62,161 bases of DNA from an uncultured Candidatus Saccharibacteria bacterium (GTDB taxonomy: Bacteria > Patescibacteriota > Dojkabacteria > J137). Location: contig CAZUKH010000002.1 in assembly GCA_964620955.1 (NCBI GenBank), positions 78,451 to 140,611 on the forward strand. Reading direction: 5' to 3'. Of the stretch, positions 19,662 through 29,084 are shown piece by piece. Below the pieces are notes generated by a model. It searched no databases and was not told where the DNA came from. It saw only the letters and a program-made list of their open reading frames with translations. A program made the translations under genes and the position numbers. How positions within the stretch are numbered: position 1 is the first letter of the stretch; each line of letters starts with the position of its first letter.

Positions 19662-20000
19662 GTGTTTAGAAACCTAAATTTAAATTATCCAAAAAGTAGT
19701 GGAATATTCTATGAAGATGAAGACAGTGACAAATCGATTCAAATTTTAAGGAGCATTATTTTAAGAATGACGTCTTCAATGCCTGAAAGGGTTCCACTAG
19801 CAGCTTTAATAGAAGAATGCTTGAGACAAAATGTAAAGATTTGCCATTCAGAACTAAGCGAAAGTGCTTTCATAAAGTATTTTCCTGATCTCAACTTAGT
19901 TGTATTTGATGCTATCAAGATTGCGGGGCGTGATGAAAATTCTTCTATAGTACTGGTTCATCAGATAACCTTAACACTAAATTCTATCAATAATAGTTAA
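19662..20000 (+). CDS. Hypothetical protein upstream of the CDPS-like gene
   Basis: The ORF has a GTG start at 19662. An internal Met at 19767 (MTSSMPERV...) would leave a more plausible divergent promoter region. Confidence 0.4.
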   Translation: MFRNLNLNYPKSSGIFYEDEDSDKSIQILRSIILRMTSSMPERVPLAALIEECLRQNVKICHSELSESAFIKYFPDLNLVVFDAIKIAGRDENSSIVLVHQITLTLNSINNS

Positions 20001-20099
20001 TTGATTCTAAAAAATCATAATGAATCTCTATTACAGGTGTTATAATGATACGTTTCTGTTTATTTTTATGTAAAAGAGGATGAAAATTACATACTAATT

Positions 20100-21083
20100 A
20101 TGATATTTGACCCCAAACAAATAGTTGATACGATCAATTTATTAGTCAAAGATACCGAGCGAATTAGTCAGAATATTTCAGCTTTTTCGCCAGATTATCA
20201 TGCACTCGAGTCTGAAGAAGTACAAAGTTTTTTAAATTCTAATCCTAAAATGGGAAGAGAGGTTGACATTGGTAGCAACTATCTCCCTATGATAATAGAA
20301 GAAATCACAGGAATTGCGCTTGACCCAAAAATCTATCGTGACTCAGACGCATTCTTTGGAATAAGTCTAGCACACAAATATTTTAGCAAAAAGGTTTTGC
20401 GACATTTTATCGCATATGGTAACAATACTTTCAGAACTTTCAATGTACTTTTAATGGATGTACCCCATGTATTTAATTATATTATGTTCTCACCAGATCT
20501 TGATCTCGAATCGTTAGATATTAGTAAAATTCTGAAAACACCACTTGCAAAGGAGTCTTTAGCAAAAACAAAACGTATTTCTGATGAAACAATGGTGGCT
20601 CTAAATAGAGCCAAGAACGACGTAATACAAAAAGACCCAGTTAAAAGTTCAGGTAATAATATTAGATTAATTTCGTTTGTTGAACTTCTTCAAGATAATT
20701 CGTTTCTTGAATTAACACAAGGTATATATAAATATGCCGGCGATAATGTCGAATTCTGTAGAGACCTATACAACCTCATTGTTCATAGTATAGGAGGACT
20801 CATTGACATGAGGTTAAAACACACCAAAAATATCAGCTCCGAGAATCTAGCCAAATTCAAGATGGGATTAATGAATTATATAATTTTGGAACTTGCATCC
20901 CTCATCTATTTAACAGAAATCTCACTTTATAGAATTGAGCTAGATCCGACCAGAGAGTTTCTGACTAAAAAAAACATGTATGATGGCAAGTATCCTGATT
21001 TATGGGAGAAGTTAAAGATAAAAAACCCTAGTAGGGGACACATCAACACACACCCCAAAGGTCTTCTAAAAAAGTCTTACTAA
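20100..21083 (+). CDS. Cyclodipeptide synthase (CDPS)-like protein, tRNA-dependent
   Basis: FFGISLAHKYFSKKV (compare AlbC IGISAGNSYFSQKN, YvmC GISPFNSRFS). FRTFNVLLMD. IRLISFVELLQ...NVEFCRDLYNLIVHSI (AlbC FRVRSLSELQ...DAEFATACEDMVRAVV). GLMNYIILELASL (AlbC GLNYVLAEAPLF, the Y-x3-E motif). SLYRIELDP (AlbC LCYHIDTP). Confidence 0.65.
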   Translation: MIFDPKQIVDTINLLVKDTERISQNISAFSPDYHALESEEVQSFLNSNPKMGREVDIGSNYLPMIIEEITGIALDPKIYRDSDAFFGISLAHKYFSKKVLRHFIAYGNNTFRTFNVLLMDVPHVFNYIMFSPDLDLESLDISKILKTPLAKESLAKTKRISDETMVALNRAKNDVIQKDPVKSSGNNIRLISFVELLQDNSFLELTQGIYKYAGDNVEFCRDLYNLIVHSIGGLIDMRLKHTKNISSENLAKFKMGLMNYIILELASLIYLTEISLYRIELDPTREFLTKKNMYDGKYPDLWEKLKIKNPSRGHINTHPKGLLKKSY

Positions 21084-21092
21084 TCAACAAAC

Positions 21093-21875
21093 TTAAAGTA
21101 ATTCCCACATAGTCTGATGCAATGCTTTTAAACTTCTTGCTACATGGTCTGACCTTATCAACGTTGCCAAAGGCTGCTCTGCATTCAACTGAATTATTGC
21201 AACTTTATCCTCAAAAAATATATAATCTGCGAAATCAAATCCAGAGAAAAACTCCTTTTTAGGTAGAAATTTGTAATGATAATTTTTGTGTGCGAGTTTT
21301 ACAACTTTCCTTGCATAGTCAGTATCGACAAGTATATCCCAAACATACCTATCCGGGTTAGATTCAAATATTAAATTCCAATCTGACGGAGTCTCCTCCG
21401 AAAACAATTTGTAGTACTTCTCGAGATCAGCAAACGAATAGTAAGTGTTAATCTTCATTAAGATACTATAAATATACTTGATACCTTCCGTTCCACTGTA
21501 ATATTTTACGTCAACTGAATTATCGTCCTTACTCTCAGGCACCATCTTTTGGATCGCTCCAATAACATTTGGTAAATTATCCTCAAGCTTTTTGACCCTC
21601 CACTTTTTTTGCTCCAGTAAAAACTTTAGCTTCTCGGGATCTTCAGCAATAACCATTCTTCTTTCACCATAGTTTGTTTGACTAACTAAGCCCTTTTTAA
21701 CAAGTTCTTCAACATTGTTATGAGTTGTCGATCTTTTTATATTTGTTTCTCGAGATAAATTCATGATAGTATTAGGACCTGTTCTTAAAAGAGTCAAATA
21801 CAGTTGAACTTCACGTTCAGTTAAATTAAACTCTTCAAGAAAATCTTGTAAATGTTTATCAATCTTTTGCTTCAT
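21093..21875 (-). CDS. TrmB-family transcriptional regulator
   Basis: The N-terminal wHTH EREVQLYLTLLRTGPNTIMNLSRETNIKRSTTHNNVEELVKKGLV...GERRMVIAEDPEKL is typical of TrmB. Confidence 0.75.
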   Translation of the reverse strand: MKQKIDKHLQDFLEEFNLTEREVQLYLTLLRTGPNTIMNLSRETNIKRSTTHNNVEELVKKGLVSQTNYGERRMVIAEDPEKLKFLLEQKKWRVKKLEDNLPNVIGAIQKMVPESKDDNSVDVKYYSGTEGIKYIYSILMKINTYYSFADLEKYYKLFSEETPSDWNLIFESNPDRYVWDILVDTDYARKVVKLAHKNYHYKFLPKKEFFSGFDFADYIFFEDKVAIIQLNAEQPLATLIRSDHVARSLKALHQTMWELL

Positions 21876-22035
21876 TTTACGTAACTATAATAAAAATTAA
21901 ATATCGTCAGCTCAAACTGGCTTCCGGCTAATTATAACATAACTAATCTTATGTAAATAGGGTTAAATGTACGAATTTATGACTCCGTCAACTGACAGTG
22001 TCAAAAAGTACTCAATACTTAAGTAACAACAATAA

Positions 22036-22818
22036 CTACTCTTTAGCAGAAATCCAAATAAGCTTGTGTAAAGCTAAAAATCCCTTTGCTATTGAAGCAG
22101 AGTTAATAACAATAATGTTAGATTCATTCGCAGAGCCGTCTAGTATCGCAACCTCATCACCAAAGACAGCAAAATTCATATTCATTAAATCTTTTGAAGG
22201 TTCGATAAATTTAAAATGAAGCCTTTCTGCCTTATAATCAAGGCTTCTTGAAACTGGCGTATCTAAAACAATACCATAAACCTCAATGTTTTCATCTTGA
22301 CTATAAGATTGAACAAATTCTTCAACAAGATTTTCGTTGCCTCTAATATATCTTTCAATATCTGCTAAAAAAGTTATTTTACCTTGCTTAATTGCCCTCC
22401 TAAAAAGCCGTGCAATTTCTTTACTAGTTTTGTAATACTTGACCGCCATTATAGAATTAATACTGGACTCTGGAACAGCGTTTTGAATAACCGATACTAT
22501 TGATGGCAATCCTTCAATAAGTTTCTCAACTCTCCATTTCTCCTCTTCTAAAAGCAAATTTAACTTTTGAGGATCTTCAGCAACAACCACCCTCCTTTCA
22601 CCTGTAGATGACTCGCTAACCATTCCTCTTTCAACCAACCGCTGAACAATATGATGGGTTGTAGAACGTTTAACCTTAGCTAAAGCAGAGAGCTCGGCAA
22701 TACTGCAAGGCCCACTATTTAACAAAGTGATGTATAAGATTATTTCCTTTTCTTCAAAACCAAGTTTTTGTAAGTAGTTTTGAACGGATAGGTATGAATC
22801 AAAATTTAATAATGACAT
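22036..22818 (-). CDS. TrmB-family transcriptional regulator (tandem paralog)
   Basis: Same length (260 aa) and same architecture: EKEIILYITLLNSGPCSIAELSALAKVKRSTTHHIVQRLVERGMV...GERRVVVAEDPQKL. Confidence 0.75.
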   Translation of the reverse strand: MSLLNFDSYLSVQNYLQKLGFEEKEIILYITLLNSGPCSIAELSALAKVKRSTTHHIVQRLVERGMVSESSTGERRVVVAEDPQKLNLLLEEEKWRVEKLIEGLPSIVSVIQNAVPESSINSIMAVKYYKTSKEIARLFRRAIKQGKITFLADIERYIRGNENLVEEFVQSYSQDENIEVYGIVLDTPVSRSLDYKAERLHFKFIEPSKDLMNMNFAVFGDEVAILDGSANESNIIVINSASIAKGFLALHKLIWISAKE

Positions 22819-22926
22819 TTTTCAAAGTTAGCATCCCAAACCAAAATTTTAAATCAAGTTTGCTCTACAGTCCAGTGACGCTTTTGTAATTATAGCAACA
22901 ACTTAAGTCAATGTCTGTCGGCACTA

Positions 22927-22952
22927 AAAAATATTAGTAAACTAATATTTTT
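22927..22952. promoter_or_regulatory. Perfect 12-bp inverted repeat (AAAAATATTAGT-aa-ACTAATATTTTT), candidate operator in a divergent promoter region
   Basis: Read directly. It lies between the divergent starts at 22818 (TrmB paralog) and 23012. Confidence 0.35.
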
Positions 22953-23011
22953 GACTTGAGAATTGAACCTATTTATAATATAATTAAAGGAGCCTTACCC
23001 GTTATTTATTT

Positions 23012-23302
23012 TTGATGACATATTCTGACTATTCACTTTCTGCAGAAGAATACGAAGAATTTCTTAAAACTAAGCGTTCTACAAAGCTTCATAATATTTG
23101 GGAAGACCTGCTAAGAAGAATAGACGACACCGAACTACAAGAAGAAGCAAAGTCCAAGGGTTACGAGCTTGTAGACAATCCAGATGTTGAAGATGATGTA
23201 ATAGCATTTTATAAGATGCTTGTAATTCCAGAATCTTCTCCAAGGCTCAACCGGGTTTGGAGTGAAGATCTCTATCCTTTTGTTGTTTGTTTAAAGGACT
23301 AA
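23012..23302 (+). CDS. Hypothetical acidic protein (96 aa)
   Basis: ORF with adjacent TTG 23012 and ATG 23015 starts. Confidence 0.5.
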   Translation: MMTYSDYSLSAEEYEEFLKTKRSTKLHNIWEDLLRRIDDTELQEEAKSKGYELVDNPDVEDDVIAFYKMLVIPESSPRLNRVWSEDLYPFVVCLKD

Positions 23303-24538
23303 TTAATTGCCCCCTATCTTTTCAACCAATTGCTCAAAGATATTGCCAATTTCCTGGCAAATCTGTCCATTGTCCCCTTCAGCAATGCACATATAACCTA
23401 CAAAAATAATTGTGGCGATAGCAACAATTAAAAGTACAAGCCCAATTAAGTTAAAGTTAAAAAGCTTATGTTTGTCGTATTGGCCATAATCATTACCCTC
23501 ATGCACTTCTAAATTTACATTGGCATTAACAGTCGACTGTGACACATTATTGGTTTTCAAAGAAGTCCAGCCTCCAAAAGGTGCTGCCGCTGGAGTTACT
23601 GGCTTAATCCTTTCAACTTGACTTATTTCTTGAGGGCTTTTGACTTGCTTTACAGTCTTCAAAATTTCTTTTTCTTCATGGATAGTGTTTTTTTGATCTA
23701 CATTAGGTAATGCTGTTTGTTCACTTTTCTTACGTTTGATTTCGAATTCTGAAGACTCATTAGCGCCTTCTTCATACTCGTGTTGTTCATCCCAAGACTT
23801 TTTTGTTTTAATTTTCTGCTCTACTGGCAATTGGTCCGCCAGCTCAGGCTTTTGTGTCCAAGAATCATCTGCTTCAGGCTTGTTTTTCTTATTCTTTGAG
23901 TCTTCAGGAAAAAACTCATCCTCCCAGTTTGCATTAAGCCTATCAACAGATTCATCGGTTAACTCGCCATCATCACCGACAATCTTTTTAGTTTCATCAA
24001 TTAACCCTTTAACTTCCTGCTGGGATGACTCTTTAACTTCCTGCCCGGGAAACTCCGTAGAATCTACATCTTGCTTTGTGCTAGTTTGCAGTTTTTCATA
24101 TTCATCTTGTACTAAAGGTTTTACCGCAATTGATTTTGGTTGATCGTTTTCATATATTTCAGAACCTTTTTGACCTTCTTCTTGATCTTCTTGATCTTCC
24201 TGGTCCTCTTGAACTCTTACTTCTTGATTTATTTGATCTTCAGACGATTTTTGACTTTCATCACTCTCAACCTCTTCTTCACTACTCATTTGATTATGTT
24301 CATGTTGATTATCTTCTTTTAAATCTTCATTATCTTCAGCTTGGTCGTTGGATTCGTTTTCTTTTTGTTCTACAACTGGCAATTCAATTGTACTGTCAGA
24401 TTCCTCATCATTATCGTCTTCGGAAGTTGATTCTTCTTTTTGTTTTTTTAGCTCTTCTTTTAACTTTTCAAGTTTTTTGAGTTCTTCTTCATCAAGAAAC
24501 TTTTCTTTAGAAATTTCTGCCATTGAATATTCTATCAC
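23303..24538 (-). CDS. Highly acidic low-complexity protein with C-terminal TM helix
   Basis: A 411-aa ORF with long E/D/Q/S-rich tracts and the hydrophobic segment LIGLVLLIVAIATIIFVGYM near the C terminus. Confidence 0.6.
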   Translation of the reverse strand: MIEYSMAEISKEKFLDEEELKKLEKLKEELKKQKEESTSEDDNDEESDSTIELPVVEQKENESNDQAEDNEDLKEDNQHEHNQMSSEEEVESDESQKSSEDQINQEVRVQEDQEDQEDQEEGQKGSEIYENDQPKSIAVKPLVQDEYEKLQTSTKQDVDSTEFPGQEVKESSQQEVKGLIDETKKIVGDDGELTDESVDRLNANWEDEFFPEDSKNKKNKPEADDSWTQKPELADQLPVEQKIKTKKSWDEQHEYEEGANESSEFEIKRKKSEQTALPNVDQKNTIHEEKEILKTVKQVKSPQEISQVERIKPVTPAAAPFGGWTSLKTNNVSQSTVNANVNLEVHEGNDYGQYDKHKLFNFNLIGLVLLIVAIATIIFVGYMCIAEGDNGQICQEIGNIFEQLVEKIGGN

Positions 24539-24738
24539 TTTAAAAACAACTCATGTAATTACTACTAAAGTTTTCATCTTGAGAGTCTTTATAAGCGTGC
24601 CTAACCCAGAGGGTAAAGGCGAATGGGTAACAAGCTAATCATCACCTTGTGGCATCACTTTGACTTTTGATAAATTAAATATATAATCCTTTATAACTAC
24701 TGTTTCATATTAATTTACTTATTAGTTCTATATGGAAA

Positions 24739-25488
24739 ATGGCTAAAAACGATAAGCAGTCTAAGCCTTCTTCAGACAATAACTCTCAAAATAAAAACAA
24801 CGAGGGGGACAAAAAATCTGAAAAGAAAACTAAAAAACAAGTTACCAATAAGCCACTTTTGGCTGCCCTGGTGCTTGTCGGATTAATTGCACTTGCTGCA
24901 ATAGGAGTTGGCGTTTACTCACTTTTAAATACAAACAGTGATCCAAACTCAACAGGCGATAACCAAACTACTCAAACATCAGAAAATACCGAATCTGAAT
25001 CTTCAAATGAAGAATCACAGGCTACTGAAAATGGATCAGAATCTGAAACAAATGAAAACTCAGATGCTACAGCTGACAACAATTCAAATGAAAATAGTAC
25101 AGATTCAAACACCCAAACCAATAATGAAAGTAATAATCAAGCCGAAACCAATAACGCAGAAAATGCAGAGGGTACAATAAGCACCGCAGGAACTAATGAT
25201 ATTGTTACATCTGGTCATTCTGCATTAGGCTACCAAAAATCACTTGCTAATCAGGCTTCTATAAAAGCCAGTGGGATTTGGACTGCTACCGACTACGCAC
25301 TTGGTGATATTGCAGGGCCAAATTACACAGTTCAACTAGGCGATACTCTTTGGGAGATATCTGAAGGTTACTATGGTACAGGTTTTAGATGGACCGAAAT
25401 CTTAAATAAAAATGAAGATAAAGTAGGAACTTTGCCAAACGGAGAAAGAGCATTAATATTTCCTAATGTGGTGTTAAACTTGCAGTAA
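24739..25488 (+). CDS. LysM-domain protein with N-terminal TM anchor and N/S/T/E-rich linker
   Basis: The C-terminal YTVQLGDTLWEISEGYYGTGFRWTEILNKN...ALIFPNVVLNL is a LysM motif. Confidence 0.7.
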   Translation: MAKNDKQSKPSSDNNSQNKNNEGDKKSEKKTKKQVTNKPLLAALVLVGLIALAAIGVGVYSLLNTNSDPNSTGDNQTTQTSENTESESSNEESQATENGSESETNENSDATADNNSNENSTDSNTQTNNESNNQAETNNAENAEGTISTAGTNDIVTSGHSALGYQKSLANQASIKASGIWTATDYALGDIAGPNYTVQLGDTLWEISEGYYGTGFRWTEILNKNEDKVGTLPNGERALIFPNVVLNLQ

Positions 25489-25506
25489 AAAGTTTTAAAT
25501 AAAAGT

Positions 25507-25548
25507 AAAAAACCCCAAAAACGTCCGAAAGAGTTTTTGGGGTTTTTG
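25507..25548. terminator. Bidirectional intrinsic terminator
   Basis: The stem CCCCAAAAAC (25513-25522) pairs with GTTTTTGGGG (25533-25542). It is flanked by an A-run and a T-run and sits between convergent genes. Confidence 0.8.
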
Positions 25549-25566
25549 CTGTAATTCCGAGAAACA

Positions 25567-27000
25567 CTACTTCATCATTGAATTAACATCTTCAATGCTA
25601 TTTACAACTTTTATCATTTCAACCTTGTCAGCAGAGACTGACATACTGGATGAAATTGACTGCATTATTTGGGTCCACTGGCTCCCTACAAGAATAATTG
25701 ACTTGTCTTTCCATTGATAAGTATCTGCCATAGACCACAAAGTTGTTATTGTTGCAAGGGTATCTAGTTTTTGATCAAAAAGTATTATAAAAGTTTTTGC
25801 ACTCTTTAATAGGTACTCTAATCTATCAAGATATTTGGAAAATGACACTTGATGACTTGAAGAACTTGAATCAATAGCTTGCGTGCCTTCAGCAGATCCC
25901 AAATAAAGTACTGTTAAGTTATCATGACCATGTGGCATAACCTCTTGTAATGATTTTGATGCTTGGTCATTACCAAACACAGAAAGTTTTCCTCCCTTAT
26001 CTAAAATCTGCTTGGCAAAATCAGATATTCCCATGACATTTTGGGTGTCACCGCCAATTAAAGCGACCTGATCAAAAGATACCCCAGATCCAAGTGAAAC
26101 TTGGGGTTTTTCGATATTATCTGTAGCGGGCAAAGCTTGGGGAAGTTGTAAGTCTGGCATTTGAAAATTACCAAAATCAAATTGAGGGGCTGCTGTGGCA
26201 CTTGGTACAGCCTGGGGTTCTGAAACCTGCTGTTCAGGCTGATAAGATTCAACTGCAGGGGCAGATACTTGATTTTCGGTTTGTTGTTGTAATTGATTAT
26301 TATCAACCATGTTTGCGCCTTGGTTTACACCAATTTGTAAATCCCCTAAGCTGCTTGCAGGTGTTTCTGCCGACAGCATAGTTTGTCCAGCTTTTTCTTC
26401 TTGCTGCGCTACTGGCATTTGAGGTATTGGCGTTTGTAACTCCTGAGTTTGCTGAAAAGTCGTTGGCTCTTGTTGTGGCATATTTAAGTTTGGTAACAAC
26501 CCGCCTGCTGGAGCTTGTAACCCTGGCTGTTCAACTCCATATTGTTGTTGCAAAAGGTCTGGTGCAAGTAAAGAATCATTTTGTGGGTTTTGCGAGTTAG
26601 TATCTGGCACGGTTTGCACTGGCGGCTGGGGTTCTAAAGCAGCATTCGGATCTAAATCGGCCTTTTGATACTCTGCCATCATTGAGTTAGGGTCACGTGT
26701 TTGGAATTGTGCATCTTGAGTTCCAGCATTTTCCACTGGCATTGGTTGAGGTGTCTCAAGAGGCGGTAGCCCTATTGGAGGTTGGCCTCCCATTGGTGGT
26801 TGCCCACCCATTGGATAAATCGGAGAATCTACTGGAACCTGAGTATTAGCTGGTGCTGGCGGCGTAGGCAACATTGGCGAAGGCTGTTCCGGTTGAGAGG
26901 CCTGTGCAGCTGCAGGTTGTTGTTTTTTATCTTTTTTATCCTTTGATATAAAATCAAGAAGTCCCATATGGTTTTTATAAAAATTACAATATCTAAACAA
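25567..27000 (-). CDS. P/Q-rich low-complexity protein with C-terminal Rossmann-like (LOG/SLOG-like, degenerate) domain
   Basis: About 300 aa of P/Q-rich sequence, then VALIGGDTQN...LSVFGND...LTVLYLGSAEG...IILVGSQW. The likely start is MGLLDFISKDKK at 26967. Confidence 0.5.
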   Translation of the reverse strand: MFRYCNFYKNHMGLLDFISKDKKDKKQQPAAAQASQPEQPSPMLPTPPAPANTQVPVDSPIYPMGGQPPMGGQPPIGLPPLETPQPMPVENAGTQDAQFQTRDPNSMMAEYQKADLDPNAALEPQPPVQTVPDTNSQNPQNDSLLAPDLLQQQYGVEQPGLQAPAGGLLPNLNMPQQEPTTFQQTQELQTPIPQMPVAQQEEKAGQTMLSAETPASSLGDLQIGVNQGANMVDNNQLQQQTENQVSAPAVESYQPEQQVSEPQAVPSATAAPQFDFGNFQMPDLQLPQALPATDNIEKPQVSLGSGVSFDQVALIGGDTQNVMGISDFAKQILDKGGKLSVFGNDQASKSLQEVMPHGHDNLTVLYLGSAEGTQAIDSSSSSHQVSFSKYLDRLEYLLKSAKTFIILFDQKLDTLATITTLWSMADTYQWKDKSIILVGSQWTQIMQSISSSMSVSADKVEMIKVVNSIEDVNSMMK

Positions 27001-27074
27001 CAGAATACAGCAATTAAAATACTGCTACAAGTTTTTTGATTTGTATAATATAATCATTAATTACCACAACAATT

Positions 27075-28385
27075 ATGGAAAGAACTCTTGCTTTAGAAAC
27101 ACTAAAAAAAGTTGGAGAAAAAGTTGTACTCAAAGGCTGGGTTGCTAATCAAAGGGTCATGGGCAAAATGACCTTTGTGGATTTAAGAGACAGGTCAGGC
27201 GTTGTTCAATGCGTTGGGTTTGATACGATGAAAGATTTAACTAGTGAATCTGTAATTGAAATTGTTGGAATAGTTAAGAGCAGACCAGAAAAACAGGTGA
27301 ATGAGGAAAGCAATACAGGATCTGTTGAGATTGAGGTTGATGACTATAAAATACATAGCAAAGCAGAAGCACTCCCAATTCAAGTTAATGCCAAAGCCCA
27401 AAATGAAACTGAAATTGATGCAAGACTTGATTATAGGTGGATTGACTTGCGTAAACCTGAGAAAAATATGATTTTCGAGGTTTGGACGGAGTTAGAAAAA
27501 GCATTTAGAGAATACTGGACATCGAACAAATATATAGAAATTCATAGTCCAAAGCTTTTAGGTGCTCCAAGCGAGTCAGGTGCTGAGGTTTTTGAAGTTA
27601 AATACTTTGACAGAACAGCTTACCTTGCCCAATCTCCTCAATTTTATAAGCAGATGGCTATGGCATCAGGGTTTGAGCGTGTTTTCGAAGTCGGACCTGT
27701 TTTCAGAGCAGAAAATTCAAATACTATAAGGCATACAACTGAATTCACAGGCTATGATGCTGAGATTTCTTATATTGATTCCCACGCTGATGTAATGTCT
27801 GAACTTGAAAAGCTTATTGTAAAAGGTATTACGAGTGTAAAAGCAAACTGTTCGGAGATGATAAGTCAAACCATAGGTGTCAATATCGAGGTTCCGACGA
27901 TTCCATTTCCTGTGTTAACAATCTCAAAAGCAAAAGAGATCTTAGGTAAACTCGGCATTAAGAGCGAGAAGTCAGGTGATTTAAGCAGTGAGGAGGAAAA
28001 AGCTATTGGTGAATATGTATCCCGCGAACTGAGTCATGACTTTGTTTTTATAACTGAATATCCACATGAAGGCAGGGCCTTTTATCATATGCGACTTGAA
28101 ACAAATAATGAACTAACAAAGGGATTCGATTTACTTTATAAAGGTCTTGAGATAGTCACTGGCGCTCAAAGGGAACATAGATATGAAGTACTCGAAAAAC
28201 AAGCTCAAGAAAGAAAAATGAATCTTGATCTTATACAGTTCTATTTAGATTTTTTTAGATACGGCTGTCCTCCCCATGGTGGCTTTGGAATGGGGCCGAG
28301 CAGGCTGCTTATGAAGCTTTTAAATCTAGGAAGCATTAGAGAAACAATGTATTTGTTTAGAAATCCAAGAAGGTTAAATCCATAG
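27075..28385 (+). CDS. aspS: Aspartyl-tRNA synthetase, archaeal/eukaryal type (probably non-discriminating)
   Basis: OB-fold N terminus, class II motifs FRAENSNTIRHTTEFTGYDAE and GGFGMGPSRLLM, and a compact 436-aa length. Confidence 0.9.
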   Translation: MERTLALETLKKVGEKVVLKGWVANQRVMGKMTFVDLRDRSGVVQCVGFDTMKDLTSESVIEIVGIVKSRPEKQVNEESNTGSVEIEVDDYKIHSKAEALPIQVNAKAQNETEIDARLDYRWIDLRKPEKNMIFEVWTELEKAFREYWTSNKYIEIHSPKLLGAPSESGAEVFEVKYFDRTAYLAQSPQFYKQMAMASGFERVFEVGPVFRAENSNTIRHTTEFTGYDAEISYIDSHADVMSELEKLIVKGITSVKANCSEMISQTIGVNIEVPTIPFPVLTISKAKEILGKLGIKSEKSGDLSSEEEKAIGEYVSRELSHDFVFITEYPHEGRAFYHMRLETNNELTKGFDLLYKGLEIVTGAQREHRYEVLEKQAQERKMNLDLIQFYLDFFRYGCPPHGGFGMGPSRLLMKLLNLGSIRETMYLFRNPRRLNP

Positions 28386-28467
28386 TTTTGCTAAAAACCT
28401 TGCTATATACACAAATTATTCGTAATATTAATTATATAATTTAAATTTATTTATTATTTTTTTTGTT

Positions 28468-28968
28468 ATGGAGAAACTTTGGGCTAATGCAAAAGAGCAC
28501 GTTATTTCTGTTGCTCTATATGCTGTAATTTTTATTGCAATGTTACTTCCATGGATTTCTATCAGTGTCCCTGGTTATTTTAATGTTGCTGGCCTAAGCA
28601 CAAGTGTAAACTTTCTTTCAGCAATGGGACTTACAGATATTCTTGTTCTTATTGCGTTAGTAGTAGGTGCAGGATTTACCGGTTACACCCTATACAAGTT
28701 TTATTCAGGGTCCAAACCAAGTCGAATGCTTATTTCGCTAACAGTTGCAGTAAATGCCATCGCAGGAGTTGGAAGTGCAATATTAGTTTTACTTAACGGA
28801 TTAAGTGCAGGATTTAACTTCCTAGGTATTGGGTTTTACTTATTCTTGCTTTCAACAGTAGCTCTTGGAGGACTAAATGGTTATAGTTTTTATCAAAACA
28901 GAACACATGTTATGGAAGATTTGAAAGAAGCTCAAAAGAAAGTGACATCTGGTGGTTCTAAAGAATAA
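28468..28968 (+). CDS. Hypothetical integral membrane protein (4 TM)
   Basis: ORF with four hydrophobic helices. Confidence 0.55.
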   Translation: MEKLWANAKEHVISVALYAVIFIAMLLPWISISVPGYFNVAGLSTSVNFLSAMGLTDILVLIALVVGAGFTGYTLYKFYSGSKPSRMLISLTVAVNAIAGVGSAILVLLNGLSAGFNFLGIGFYLFLLSTVALGGLNGYSFYQNRTHVMEDLKEAQKKVTSGGSKE

Positions 28969-29003
28969 TGGTTCCAAGAAGTTGTAGGAGATGAGTTTTA
29001 ACA

Positions 29004-29054
29004 ATGCCCCGCATACAAAATTTTTTAATTTGAATGCGGGGCATCTTTTATTTT
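29004..29054. terminator. Intrinsic terminator between convergent genes
   Basis: ATGCCCCGCAT (29004-29014) pairs with ATGCGGGGCAT (29034-29044), followed by CTTTTATTTT. Confidence 0.75.
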
Positions 29055-29084
29055 GTAAGGCTAATAACCCAAAGCGCTAAGTTG

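Noticed and set aside
23736-24638. Plus-strand ORFs 23736-24143, 24130-24480, 24140-24322 and 24348-24638
   Set aside because: They are antisense to the 411-aa acidic protein gene. They arise from its low-complexity GA-rich and TC-rich repeats and have S/L/F-rich nonsense composition.
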